Assembly (NCBI GenBank): GCA_002189035.1
Contig: NEEC01000014.1
Location: forward strand, 2,666,001 to 2,730,000
Length of the DNA: 64,000 bases
Direction: 5' to 3'
DNA from: Utricularia gibba
Taxonomy: Eukaryota; Plantae; Magnoliophyta
The number at the start of each line of letters is the position of its first letter. The first letter of the stretch is position 1. Of the stretch, positions 49,440-63,460 are shown in pieces. Both the position numbers and the translations under genes were made by a program. The notes beneath the pieces are model-generated. The model did no database searches. It was not told the DNA's origin and saw only the letters and a list, made by a program, of their open reading frames with translations.

Positions 49440-52400
49440 GGTGCAATCAACCAAAAATAAAGTGAACAATCGATAAGTCATCAAGAATTTGGAGACTCAG
49501 TTGAATCAATAGACACTAAAGCTTGAAGAATTAAATAAGATTGGAGAACAAACAACATCTTATCCAAGTTCTGGTAGAAGATTAAATTGTAGTGCCATGA
49601 CATTGAGGAACAGAAAGAAGAATCCAGACAGGAATTTAATCCAATTTGAGACTAATAAACACGTGAAACAAGAATTTAATCTTGTTGTTGAAGGTAAGAA
49701 AGACGTGATGGTTCTTTGAAAACCTACTGAATTGAAGATCACTCAACCCTCTTTTTCTAGTAAGTTGGAAACAAAAGAAGAACAAGATGAAAAAGAGAAG
49801 ATTTTGATGGTCTTGAGTAATATTCAACTTACTGTGAATATTTTGAAAAATATTTCCTTGGTGCAAAAAATGTATACTATTTGAAGCACCTTTATTTGCC
49901 CAAGCCCGAGATGAAGGAAAAAGGAATAGTATTTTAAGTAAGAGTTGTTCAACATTATTCACCCCAAAACTTCTAGAAAAAATGCAAGGATGTGGATACA
50001 TTTTTTATTTCTTGTAAGATTAGAGATATAAATATCAAGAGAGCTATGGGTGATTTAGGAGCTGTTGTCAATGCGAGGTCATGTTTAGTTTATAAATCTC
50101 TTAGATTGAGACCTTTGTAAGTTTATGAAGTACAAATAAAATTGGCAAATCGAAATGTAATATCTCTCAAAGGGTTGGTAGAAGATGTCCTAATTTGAAT
50201 TGAAGATCTAATATTTCCAATCGATTTTTATGTGGTCAATATGCCTATTGGAGGATTGAAGGATATTACAAGAATTTTGGAAAGACCATTTTTGAGAACC
50301 TCAAATGCTATTATCAATGTAAAAGTGGGGATAATTGAGTTGTCACTTGATAAAGAGATCATTATACTTCCAATGAAAGATGTGATAGAATATCTTAGTG
50401 ATTTTGAAGATATTTCTTCTATGGAGTCAACTGAAAAGTTTGTTGAGGAATACTTGAGAGGAAATCAATAAAAAAGGAAAGGAATATGAGGAATTATCTC
50501 TTAAGAATGCAACATAGAAACAAAGTTGGTGCATTTTGTTGAAGGTGAACCAAAGGAGGAAATATTGAATCTAAAGCTTTTGGATGCTCACATGAAACAA
50601 ATTTTGGTAGATGATGAGTAGAAAAATTTCAAAATTAATTGTGATAGTCTTAACTCAAATAAAAAAGCAACCTTTCTTAAAGAATTCATCCAATATCTAT
50701 AGGAAATTTTGGACAATGTTGAGGGGAGAATGTTTGTATTAATCATTTCAGAAAAATTGATGGGTCTAAAGATGCTTGTATGGTTGCAGAAGCGTGTCAT
50801 GACGAACAATTACTCCTAGGTAAAACTACAATTTGGGAGCGAGGTTCTATTGATATTGTTAATTTTATTGTTGCAAGAATTGTACCAATTGGAAAAGAAT
50901 ACTATGAAAGGAACATGTGTTTCAATGATAAAGAATTTGACATTTGGGATGATCCATATTGGTGGAATAAATGTAAAGATGGAGTATTTAAAATATTAAA
51001 CAATTCTCATGAGAATGAGGCCTAAGAAGTTGCTGATGATATGGTATTAAAAGATACCATAAAAATATAACCTCAAAGATAGTCAAGTCCAAGACTACAA
51101 ACAGGAACGCTTGTGGGAGGCTACCCATAGCTAAGCTTTATTTTGTATTTTATTTTCAGTATTTAGATTAATTTTATCTAATTAAGTTTTAAGTACTTTT
51201 GTTGCATTTGTTTTTTTTTTGGAATTAGTTTTGAGTGTGCTGACAATCACAACTTATTCTTCTGAAAAATTGTGTTAATTGATGTTTATGACTTTTATGT
51301 TTAACTTAGTACAACATGGTTGTTAAATTGCTACAATTCTTGCATATACATTGATGGAGTTCATGATTAAGATGTTTTTATGTTTGCATAAGAATCAAGT
51401 TTTAATGTTTCATTTTGAAATCTTATGGACCAACAATGCAAAACAAAAAGATTTGTTCTGAATCATTTGCAAGAATTTATTAAATGTACACCAATAGTAA
51501 AGCACCTTAATCATGGTTCTATTCCCTTTGTGCTATTTAAGGAAGCTTGAAATGTTGGTCAGCTTGAGGACTTGTTTCATGAAGTAAAGGAGCTAAAACA
51601 GTGAGTGAAGGACTCCTCCCTAGTATAGTAACAGCTGCTGCTATTGCTTTGAACTTATTTTTATTACTTTCTGTATTGTATTACGCAGTCTTGGTGTTAG
51701 TCAAGTTAGGAATTATTTATCTTTATGATACATTTTTACATAATGGTAATCCCTACTTTGAATAATTCAATGATTGAATATGATAATTTTGTGATCATAA
51801 GGATGCATGAGCTTTATTTGAATCCATTTGAACCCTCGTGAGCATTGTTCTTAATTATTTCTTTTGTGAGTGCAAATATGATTAGAGGACACTAGAGACT
51901 GCAATTTAGTTTTTTTTACATGAGTTAATATATTTCATTGTTGCAAAGATTAGTGATCGCCAATAAAAGAGAGAAAAATGAAGAGAATATGAGTCAAGAA
52001 AAGCATCATCATTTGAAAAACGATGAGATGCGAGTCTAAAAAGGTAGTATATAATTCAAAAGTGTATGAAGACTCATTGAAAAGTGAATGAATGAGCAAA
52101 GATGAATTTGTTTAGAGGAGTAGAAGAAGACCCGGTGTTATAAAATGAGAATGTTTGGCCAACACTCTTTGAATTAAGGGATCCTAAAATTTTATGCCCA
52201 ATTAATTTTAAAATGTTGTTCATTCACTATCTCATATATGTAAAAAAGAGTGAAAGTAAAGAAAAATACAATGAATTGGCAATCACAATCATTAGATTGC
52301 TTTGAATATGTAAACTTATAGTTTTAATTTTTGAATGCAGTCTTTAAGAAGAATTTATTTATATTTGCTCGAGTGTTACACGTTTTATACATGAGCACAC

Positions 52401-53529
52401 TTGTGGTTCATGTATCTGAACCCATGATATCGTCATTCCTATTCATTTTGTATGATTTTGAATTTAGGGTTATGTTTGTTTTAGTTTGGACTTGAGGATG
52501 GGTCTAATGTCGTTGTATCATAATGTGATAACACATATTTTTAAGTGTTTAAGGATAAGAAAATAATTAATATTTGCTAGAAAACTCTGATTTTATTGTG
52601 TATTTCTACGTTTTTATAACTAGAACCACTATTTGCATCTTTTATTCCTAATTAGAACTAAATCAATTTTAGTTCTAATCATTCTCTTGAGCTATGTAGA
52701 AGTTTCAATAGCCCAAATCTCAAGAGGTGAAAAAGACTAGTGAAATGGCAGGAGGTGAGAACAAAAATTGAAAATAGAAGAACTTATCTTTCAACTTTCC
52801 TTTGTTTATTAAGAACACTTATCCTAGTCGAGAATAGTTTTAGCTTTTTATGCAAACTATTTACGATTTCTGTTCATATCTATGTTTCTTTCCTTGTTAT
52901 TATTACTGTATGACATGAATATGTTTTGGTTGATATGTTATGAGCATGTTTCATTTTACTTAAACATAAGTGGCTAAACACATGTAATGCCTTGAGGTAG
53001 AAGGAATTGTGCATGGTTGTTGATTATTCAACTACATTAGCTCGGTAATCACACTATTTTCCTACAAACTAGGATATATTCAAAAGGAGGAAGTAGTGAT
53101 ATTCATCATAAATAGACCTAATTAGAGATATATCAAAAATTAGGTAAAAGAAGGATTTAGGTAGACTTGAATCCTTCATTTGTTAGGTGAATAATTATTG
53201 AATTAAATAGATTAAGTGTTAGAATGATCATGTCACTATTGGAAACATCAAGACATTGTACTATCCTATTTTATTTAGTAGCCAAATTTACCTGTTTTTT
53301 TTACTATATTTTATTGTAAACTTAATTTAATCTTAGCTTAGACTTAATCTATTATTCATGACACAAACTGAATGCATTAACTTCCACACAATAAGCAAAC
53401 ATCTCCTTGTATTCAATTCTAATCCACTATACTCATATATCTTGCATGATTGAATGTGAATTAGGTCTATAAATTTTATTTGATACGTGAATTTACAATT
53501 TTAACGACTTGTAAATTTTTCGTTTATCA
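49440..53529 (+). mobile_element. Internally deleted Athila: gag C-terminus, protease, integrase start, 3' region and 3' LTR 52526-53529
   Basis: KNLETQLNQ...AMTLRN; GDLGAVVN...FPIDFYVVNM...RPFLRT; DIVNF...WDDPY; Athila motif aacgcttgtgggaggctaccca near 51105; cttgagga tract before TGATAACAC at 52526. Confidence 0.8.
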
Positions 53530-53720
53530 GAGATCGTATGAGTGAGGCCGCAATTGATGCTCATGATGGCAACACCAAGCATTAGCTTGGTAGAACTAGG
53601 CCTACTAATTTTGGGGCTGCGATTAATGCCCTTGGTGGCAATGGCATGATGCAAGCATGGCAATACGATGGCCAACGCTAGTAAGTGTGAGGCCTGGTCG
53701 CCACTCACACAAGAAGTGAT

Positions 53721-54929
53721 GGTTAGTATATATGTTTTAGAGATAGTCAAGTTATTAGCAAGTGTTATCTTTTGATATTTGTTTTAAATTGTGATGAAAT
53801 TCATATCAGTAGCAAGATCTTGAATATGATAACTATGCAATTAAGCTTAGACTTGAGGTCAACAAAGTTATTTTGATCTTAAATTTCCAATTTCACTCAT
53901 TACTAATGGAAGTCTAACCATGGCTTGACTAGTATGGATGAGAAGGGATGCGACTCCTTAAGTTTGGAGATAGTTGATTGATCAATAGAAAATTCATCAA
54001 TCATGCTGCCTATGAGATCTTATCTTGAATAATTACATTAAGGTCTAACAGTAAATCATGAGCCCAAGGTAATGACATTTGAAGAGTTTGAGTAGGTCAT
54101 TGAATGTTAGTGCTTGAATGCAATTATAAGCTTGATACATCAGAAAGACACATATCTATGTTCTAATATCGAATGAAATATAAGTATGATGAAAACTGTT
54201 CATTGCATGATGGCTAGTCACATAAAGACTCAATGAGTTAACCTGATTATTTTTACATCTTGGGGATCATAATATGTTGCTAGGCATCACTCATTATCGA
54301 TAATAATATATCTAATTAATTAAGTTTAATTAATAAATTGATTATTACAGCCTTAATTGAAGAAGCCTATAATGTCATACATAATAGTGAAGTCACTCAT
54401 CGATATAAAATAGAATGACACAATTACATGAAATGTAATTGGTAAAGTAAATAAGTTAAATAGAGTTATTTTTAGATTAATATTAATTAAACTCAAAATA
54501 AATGATCTAATATATATAGGATTGAAGAACAAAAATATCTACTAGATTTCCGCAATACAAGATCTTTACAAAGATTTGATTAGATATATTATCAAATTCT
54601 ATATAATATAATAAGAAAGATTCAATCTACAGAGATTTTAACATCTCATTCTCTCTGAGAGTTATCTGCATGGGTTGATCTTCTCTATTAGCACTTGAGG
54701 AGATCAACCATCATTTTGTGACCTTGAGAAGATTATTGACAGAATGACATGTGTGGATACCATAGAGATCTACTATTGACGGTGGGTGAATAATGGAGTG
54801 CACTAAAAGTTATTTTCAAAATCGCTTTATCTGATGTATATTGTATTCCAAGATCTGTGGTTTGAGTTTCTCAAAAAATTTTAAAATATGTTGTATTGAG
54901 GACATGTGATGTCTACAAGAAACCTAACA
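53721..54929. mobile_element. Solo LTR of an unrelated family (1209 bp), TSD GTGAT/ATGAC
   Basis: Termini (g)gttag...ctaaca; the flanks rejoin to match the uninterrupted repeat copy ggaGTGACgggcaagagcgc near 56903. Confidence 0.65.
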
Positions 54930-55489
54930 ATGACAGGGAGGAGCGCTTCGGCACCATAACCGCATAAGTGATCTCACTTGAAGAGACTAAGTAGTAGTTT
55001 TGTTGGGCGGGAGATAAGTCACACGAGAGCACTAACCCTTACTAGGTTCTGTGTAGGGATGGACGGGGCCACATAGGGATGGAACAATGGATGGATGCAT
55101 TGAGTGACCAAGTGAGAAAACGTGGGTTGTGCTAGAGGGAGTGCATGGGCCATTGTAGGACGAGCGTCTAATCCGTTTTGTTGGCAATCTAATGATTTCG
55201 TTTGAGCCATTCTTGCTAACTACACAAGACACGGGCACAAGATGGCCTGAGTGGGGTGCATGGCGCCGAAGGGTGGTCTGAGTGCCTCCAAGAACACCTT
55301 CCCAAATTAAGGGGAATATCGGGTGAGAGTGAGTTACGAGTTGAGACGCATCATGCACTGCAGGCAATAGCTAGGTGAGTTCCCACCTGGATAGTGGCAA
55401 GGCATTTCACCTACTGCACGTCAATGGCGATGATTAGAGGCTGCAATTGATGCTCGTAGCGACAACACCAAGCACCTAATGTGGGGTAG

Positions 55490-56643
55490 TGATAAGCGTT
55501 GGAATGGGGTTGTTAAATGTCGCAGTCAAGCACATTCAACATATTAAAAGAAATTTATAAACCTAGATATTCTACTACACAAATCACAGGAATTAATGTA
55601 GTGTGGCAAGCAAGGGTCGAATCCACAGGGAATGATTGCGATTTCCTGAAGTTTATCACATTTACTGAAAACAGAGGGGTTTTCTGGGGTTTAGTTCTAA
55701 CGCAGGTAAAACCTAAAATAACAGTAACTGAATGAAATGAGTTGCAGGGATGAAGAGACACTGAAATTAATGCGAATGCATAGAAAACATAAAATAAAAG
55801 TGATTTTACTATATTTTACATCAGAGTCTAGATCTTGTCACTCAAGAGAGCCCAAAGGCTTAAACCCAGCTTTAAAACGCTTTAAAACATGGAAAGGGTT
55901 CGCAGGAATAGTAAAAAGCGTTTTAAACTTAGAACCAAGCACGAAAAGGGTAAACAGCAACATGTTCATAAATTAAATAAGGTCTACAGAGAATTTATCG
56001 TTCACGACAAGGTGCAAGAACATAACAGAAAGCGTGAAAATGCATAAAATAACAACAGCGAGTTCATCAACAAAATGGAAGTGCAGAAAATGGAAAATAA
56101 AGTGTTTAATGGTTGCTCTCGGTCGTTGATCTGCTGGAAGTGTAGATCTAGAGGTCGTCGGAGACGTTCGCCGAAGAAACGAAGTTCTCCTCGCTCCTCC
56201 CCCGTTGATGTTCGTCTATCTGTGCACTTCGTGTGCACAATACGTCCTCTTTTCTCTCTCCCTTCCTTTTCCCTTTTGTAGCTCAAAATCTTTTCCTCAG
56301 GCTTCTAGAAAGGAGATCTCTGCTCTAAATCTTATCTTCTCAGAAGAGTGACTATTTTCGGTGGAAAGTAACTTTTGCACAGCTTTTCTATCCCCTATGA
56401 CTTGTCATCACAACAAATGCGCTGCTACAATACTAGCTCTTATCATGATAAGACTTAAAACATATACTAGACGAAATATTAGAATTTTCAGCTCATTTTT
56501 TTCCAATTGAGCCTATTTTCACCATAAACACATTTTAAGAGTCTAAATACGCAAAAGAAGACAATTTAGCACACTAAACAACATTTAACCCTACAAAACA
56601 TACTTAAAACATATATAAAACCACAATAAAAATGGTGTTATCA
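55490..56643 (-). mobile_element. Solo Athila-type LTR (1154 bp), perfect TSD GGTAG
   Basis: ggtag|TGATAAG...TTATCA|ggtag; minus-strand gtggattcgacccttgcttgcc motif near the LTR end. Confidence 0.9.
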
Positions 56644-56956
56644 GGTAGCATGAGAACAAATGCGCTCATTGAAAGCAGGGCTGTGGTTGTCGCCTATAGC
56701 GACAATGCCAAGCACATCATACAGGGTAGTACGAGGTCAACAAGCTCGTACGAGCGGGGCTGTGGTTGATGCACATGGCAGAAACACTGAACATTAGATT
56801 GGTAGAACGAGGCCAACTGATTTTGTGGCTATACCATGACGCGAGCGTGTAGTACGATGACCAACACTGGTACACACGAGGCCTGGCTACCACCCGTAGA
56901 AGGAGTGACGGGCAAGAGCGCTTCGGCACAATGATCGCTCGAGTGATTTCACTTGA

Positions 56957-58128
56957 TGATAACACATTTTTTTGAGTGGCTCAATGCATGAAATTTACTC
57001 ATTTTATGCTACAAAAATTAAGCATTATTGCCTAGTTCTATATTTTTGCACATAAGTACCGTAGTAGTGCCAATTTAGTTTTAGTTGGGACTAAATCTGC
57101 GATTTAGTCTCAATCTTCTAAGAGTTTCCTTCGAGCAATGAAGCACACGCCGTAACACAAATCCCAAGGAGCCGAATATGAACAGTGTGGTGGTAGAGAA
57201 GGTGGCAGAAGTCTGAAAAAGAGTACACACAAAGTCCAAGGAGGTGAAAAAGTGAGATTTTGGATAAAAAGGGAGGGAAGAAGAGAGAGAAGATAAATCT
57301 CCCTATTGGAGACTCACGAACAACTTTCTGGAGAAGGTTTTCTGGGGAGGAAGAAGGATGAAGACGAACAGGAACTAAGCTCATGCTTGAAGATTATTTT
57401 CTGTTTTCCAAAGATTATTACTCCTAGCGAAGATTAGCTAGCGATGTTTTCTAGCTTTCTGTCGAACATTTCGGTTTCCTGCTTGTTTATTTTGTAGTAG
57501 TCAACTGAGACATGAATGCATTGTGGATGATGTTTTTTCTTCTATTTTGATTTTTTTTAAGCATGAGTGGCTAAGCACTTAGGGGAGTGCTTTGGGGTGA
57601 AAAGGGGAGAAATATGGTAATCCATTTTTAGACCTAATAAACCATAAATCACGCCACTTTCTTAACAAACCAGGATAGATCTAAGAGGGAGAAGTAGTGA
57701 AACCCAACTTAACAACCCTAATTAGAGGTAGACCAAAGATTAGGCGGAAAAAAAAGATTCCAGTTAGACCTAGACCTTGTGAGTTAGCTGTATGATTTGT
57801 GGTTTGTATGAGTTTGTTTAGTGATGAGCATACATCCCCCTAAGAGTTCCAATGCATCACCCATTTCATTCCAGAAACAACCGAGCTCCAGAACTTATTA
57901 CTTTTCTTTACTATATTTCATTTTAGTTCTACCTTAGTCCTAGATAAGACCAATTTTTCCAACGTGACACTGATTTCATGGATTAACTTTCACATAGCAA
58001 GCATTTGCTCTTCGTGTTCGACCCTAATCACTATGCTCATAATTGTTTTATGCTAGAATGTGTATTAGGTTATAAATTTATTTGATAGGAAGATTTACAT
58101 TTACGACGTGTAAATTTTTTGTTTATCA
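56957..58128 (+). mobile_element. Solo LTR family A (1172 bp), TSD CTTGA/CTTAA
   Basis: TGATAACAC...TTTATCA; collinear with 13288-14444. Confidence 0.9.
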
Positions 58129-59619
58129 CTTAACCCTTACTTAGTTCCAAGTAGGGACGGACGGGGCGCACGGGCACGAAGAAGTAGATGGAGGCGCTAA
58201 GGGAAAAAGCGAGCAAATGCAGGTCGCACTAGAGAGATTGTTGGGGATCTACTGTGTTGAGGGCATGCATGGGCGATTGTAGGATGGGTGGGTAATCCTT
58301 TTCGTTGGCAATCTCATGATTTTGTTCGAATCATTCTAGCCATACGACACATTACAAGAGCACAAGATGGCCCAAGTGGGGGGCATGGCACCCAAGGGTG
58401 GTTAGAGCACCTTCGAGAACACCTCCTCCCTTAAAAGAGGTGAACATGCTAAATCTTGGGTGACAACATTGGATATCATTTTATTGAAAAAACAGCATAT
58501 TTTCGATAGGCACATGGCACCCCAAGGGGATGGGCAGGTGGCTATGAGAACACCTTCCCCCTTAAGAGGGGTGAACATGCTAAATCATGGGTGATGAGAG
58601 TGAGTTAGGAGTCAAGACGCATCACAAATCTCATTAACTCTAGTTATACACACCCATGTATGTTAGTAGAATATGTCGTAATACCACTGCTATTCTACAT
58701 AGGTTAGCACAAACTTAATATTTACTTTCCTATCTAGAAGTGTGACGACACATGGTGCAATGAACTTAATTGCATGGTTAATATTGGATGTCACAAGATT
58801 AGTTGTGATATCACACATATGTGGCTCTACATGATTCAAGATCTTCCAAGTGTTTGATCATGTTTAAAGTATTGTCAAGAACTTAATCTGAAGTTTTGTG
58901 TTTCGTATAACGACAAATGCAAACGTATGTCTTTTATTACTTGTCATCACGTGAATCTCTCGGTTTGTCATAGAAATGTTGTAGAAAGCAATCATATCAA
59001 AAAAAAAAAAAAAGTATGTTTATCAAAAAATGCATCTCTTATCGAAATTAATTTGATCCCTTGATATAAAAATTATTCTGAATAGGTTTATCCATTAAAG
59101 GTAGAAAATGGTATTGGAAAGAACAAAATGGTAATATTAATTTCATTTGACTTATTGTATTTTAAAAATAAATATATTAAAATTTAATATTTTAAATTTT
59201 AAATGTTAATATAATTAATCGTTGGCTATAATAAATTATTATTTATTAATGAAAATTTATATCTAGACAATTCTTACTAAAAGTATAAACAAAAAATCCT
59301 TTTAATTTTTAAAAGAAGTGTAGACAATTTTTAAACAATTTTATATATTCTTATATTAAATTGTTTTTCAAATTTTAAAATATTTGTCGTTATACTTTTT
59401 TATTTGTTAAATAACTTATATCATTTATGACATTATATTTTTGTAAATTTTTTAAAATATTAATATCACACAAATTTTCATATTCTAGTATATGAAAAAT
59501 TACAAGTTTTTAATTATATTTAATTGTTTAGTTTATAGTTTTAAGTATTTTTATATAATTTAGAAAAATATGATTTTTGGTATGTTAGTGGGCTAAATCA
59601 AAGGATTTAGCCCACTTCA

Positions 59620-60848
59620 TGTTCTAATCTGATTTTAAGCCTAGTAGTAACCTCAAAATCATGGAAAAGTTAAGGATTTCATGCAAGTTACCGTGCAACA
59701 AGGAGCAAAGAGTACATTGTCGTGGCGGCAGTTTGCAAGTCAGGGACAGGAGTAGTAGAGTTGTCACAGATTGTACTTGCTTTGGAAAGTGCAAGACAGA
59801 GAAAAAAAACGGAGGAGAAAGAGTCACAAAGGGGGTTTGACCAGCAGTGTTCAACACACACATGAGGGGGTTTATTCCCCAACTGGAAGACGATGAATAC
59901 TAGAAGGAGAAGGAAAAAGAAGAGCGATTTTTCTAGAAAAGAGGCTTTAACGTGAAGAACAAAGATCAAGACCTAGTCCAGCGCTACTATTCCGACTTAT
60001 GAATAGTAGTAGACGAAAACCAAAACTCTTACTGTTTTACTTTTATTTGTTGATGTTTTTAGTTTCTGCAACCAACTCTTTCATGATGTTCTTGACATTT
60101 TTGCTGTTTTGTATTAATGTTATCGTATTTTACCATCAAAGTATGAGTAGCTAGAATCCTAGAGATGCTTTAAGATAAAGCATGATGGTGTCGATCTAGG
60201 ATTGATAATAAAATTCATTATTTTTTCTTAGTTCTTGTTTTTATCATTCAATGGGTAAACCTAAGGAAAGGAACAAGTAACTTTACAACTAAGATGTTTG
60301 ATTTAAAGGTAAACCAACCAATCAAAATGGGAGTAGTAGCTGTTAGTTTGGGGTAGAACCAATAGAACCGGGTAGACCTAGTTCTATATACTTTGCATGT
60401 GGATAGACTTAATTACAATGTTGATATTAGGGATTAGCTTAGCCGAAAATGTGATGAATGACCTGAGTAGACTTAGGTTATTTGAAGTTGTGAGTGTAGA
60501 AATATGGTAATTTAAATTAGACATTTTAGCAACACACCACCTGCAAACCCTTAAGGAATCTTAGTATTACTTTAAGTTAGAATCAGTATTTGTCACCTTC
60601 CGCGTTGAGACCTGATTTTGTTTATTGAACTTGATTACCACTGGTAGTCCAAGCTGAGACTAAAAACTATTGTTATTTCGAATTCTGCATTTATTGAAAC
60701 ACTTGACAAATATAAGTTCCTTGTGATCGACTCCAAAATTCATTATACAAGTTTTCTAAATTTATATTTTGTGTAGATTGAGGTTTATAAATTTATTTAA
60801 TAACGACATTTCTATTTTGCAACGATATTAGAAAATTTCCGTTTATCA
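59620..60848 (+). mobile_element. Divergent Athila-type LTR, start uncertain
   Basis: gggtagacctag, gtgatcgactcc, ggtttataaattt and a terminal gtttatca in the same order as family A. Confidence 0.6.
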
Positions 60849-61359
60849 AATATATTTTATTAATATAGTTTTCTTTATATCATTATTAATAATGAATTAT
60901 ATTATTTATTATAATCTTTAGAAGTATATACTATTTTTTATTTTAAAAATAATATTCTTGGTATTTTTCACACTAAAACTAAAATTACATGTAATTTCAT
61001 GATAAAAAAATTTTCAGTGATTTTGAAATATCTCTAATCTCACACTAGCGTTTAGCAAATTTAGCTCAAGAATAAGATTACTGTAACATTACTGTCCAAA
61101 CTACACAGGTTGAACAGGAGTAAACTTTGGTAGCATTAATTGGGTTTTGGCGGCATTGGTTTTCATCCCTGAAAATCGATGGAAATTTTTATTAAAAATA
61201 TTGATTTACGGAAAGTATTTAATTTGACAACTCAGACCTTACGGAAAGTGACAAAAGATGCCTTAGTATTTGTGTGTTAGGGGCACCGAGGCTATAGCTT
61301 CATATTGTTGTTTCTGTTGTGTCTAAACGCCTCCTTGGATTCAGGCGCGGGCTGAATCG

Positions 61360-62699
<1,340 letters not shown>

Positions 62700-63460
62700 A
62701 GTCTTTGCCATAGCATCCTCCCGGATTCTTAGAATGCTATCTGTCCTATCTACTCCAACCCGGTTTAAAGTATGGTCCAAGTTCAAAAAGCTTTCTTCAA
62801 CACATTTTCCCTGATTCATAAAAGTAGTAACCCAAAGTTGTGAGTGTCGACATATTATTAAAATTATAAATTAATATAATTAATTTAGTGGTCCCACACG
62901 TGTGTGTTTGATGTCCTCCTGAAACCCTCATGTAGAGCATTACATTGTAATAAATAATTCTGATTCCGAATTTCCCTAATAAAATTCGGGGGTGTATATA
63001 AATATTGTCATCTTTCGGGCGAAAATATTGACCCCCTTCACTTCAAAATTTTTTGATGGAGTGTGTGAGATAAAAGGAGAGAATCACCCAATAAAATGTG
63101 GGTGTGGTGAGAGGCTGCTGATCCCATCATTTTCTGTGCTGTAAATAGCACTTCTTTTGTCTTTTTCTTTTCCTTGGGTTAGAAAATTGAGTCGGGGTAC
63201 TTTTGGAATTACATTCGAAAGGCACCAGCCATCCTCCCCTTGTGATGGGTGAAAAATGAAAAGGCGTGAAATGGGGGGATGATGAGTTGTCAGTGGCATT
63301 TCGGTTATTATCTTCACTTTCATGCCGCTTTTGTAACTCCCCCTCTCAGTAATCACTGACTCACGAGTGGGCCGCACTAACTCACTCTTCCTTCTTTTAT
63401 ATCCTCCTCCATCTCCTCCCCCCAATTCCTCCTTTGAGATCCCATCCACTCAGCCTCGGA

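Larger units (their letters stand above)
53530..58625. repeat. Degenerate GC-rich tandem repeat (~2 units of ~0.8 kb, with ~60-bp subrepeats), interrupted by three solo LTRs
   Basis: gagcgcttcggcac at ~54940 and ~56915; aacccttac...gggacggacgggg...ttggcaatct..atgattt...cacaagatggcc at 55035-55350 and 58132-58625; ggctg..ttgatgc...aacaccaagca subrepeats. Confidence 0.75.

Noticed and set aside
48179-53529. 48179-49201 and 52526-53529 as the LTR pair of one element
   Set aside because: The two LTRs are too divergent, there is no PBS after the first, and there is no TSD.
63084-63449. 121-aa minus-strand ORF upstream of the subtilase
   Set aside because: Antisense reading of a pyrimidine-rich promoter/5' UTR; no domain.
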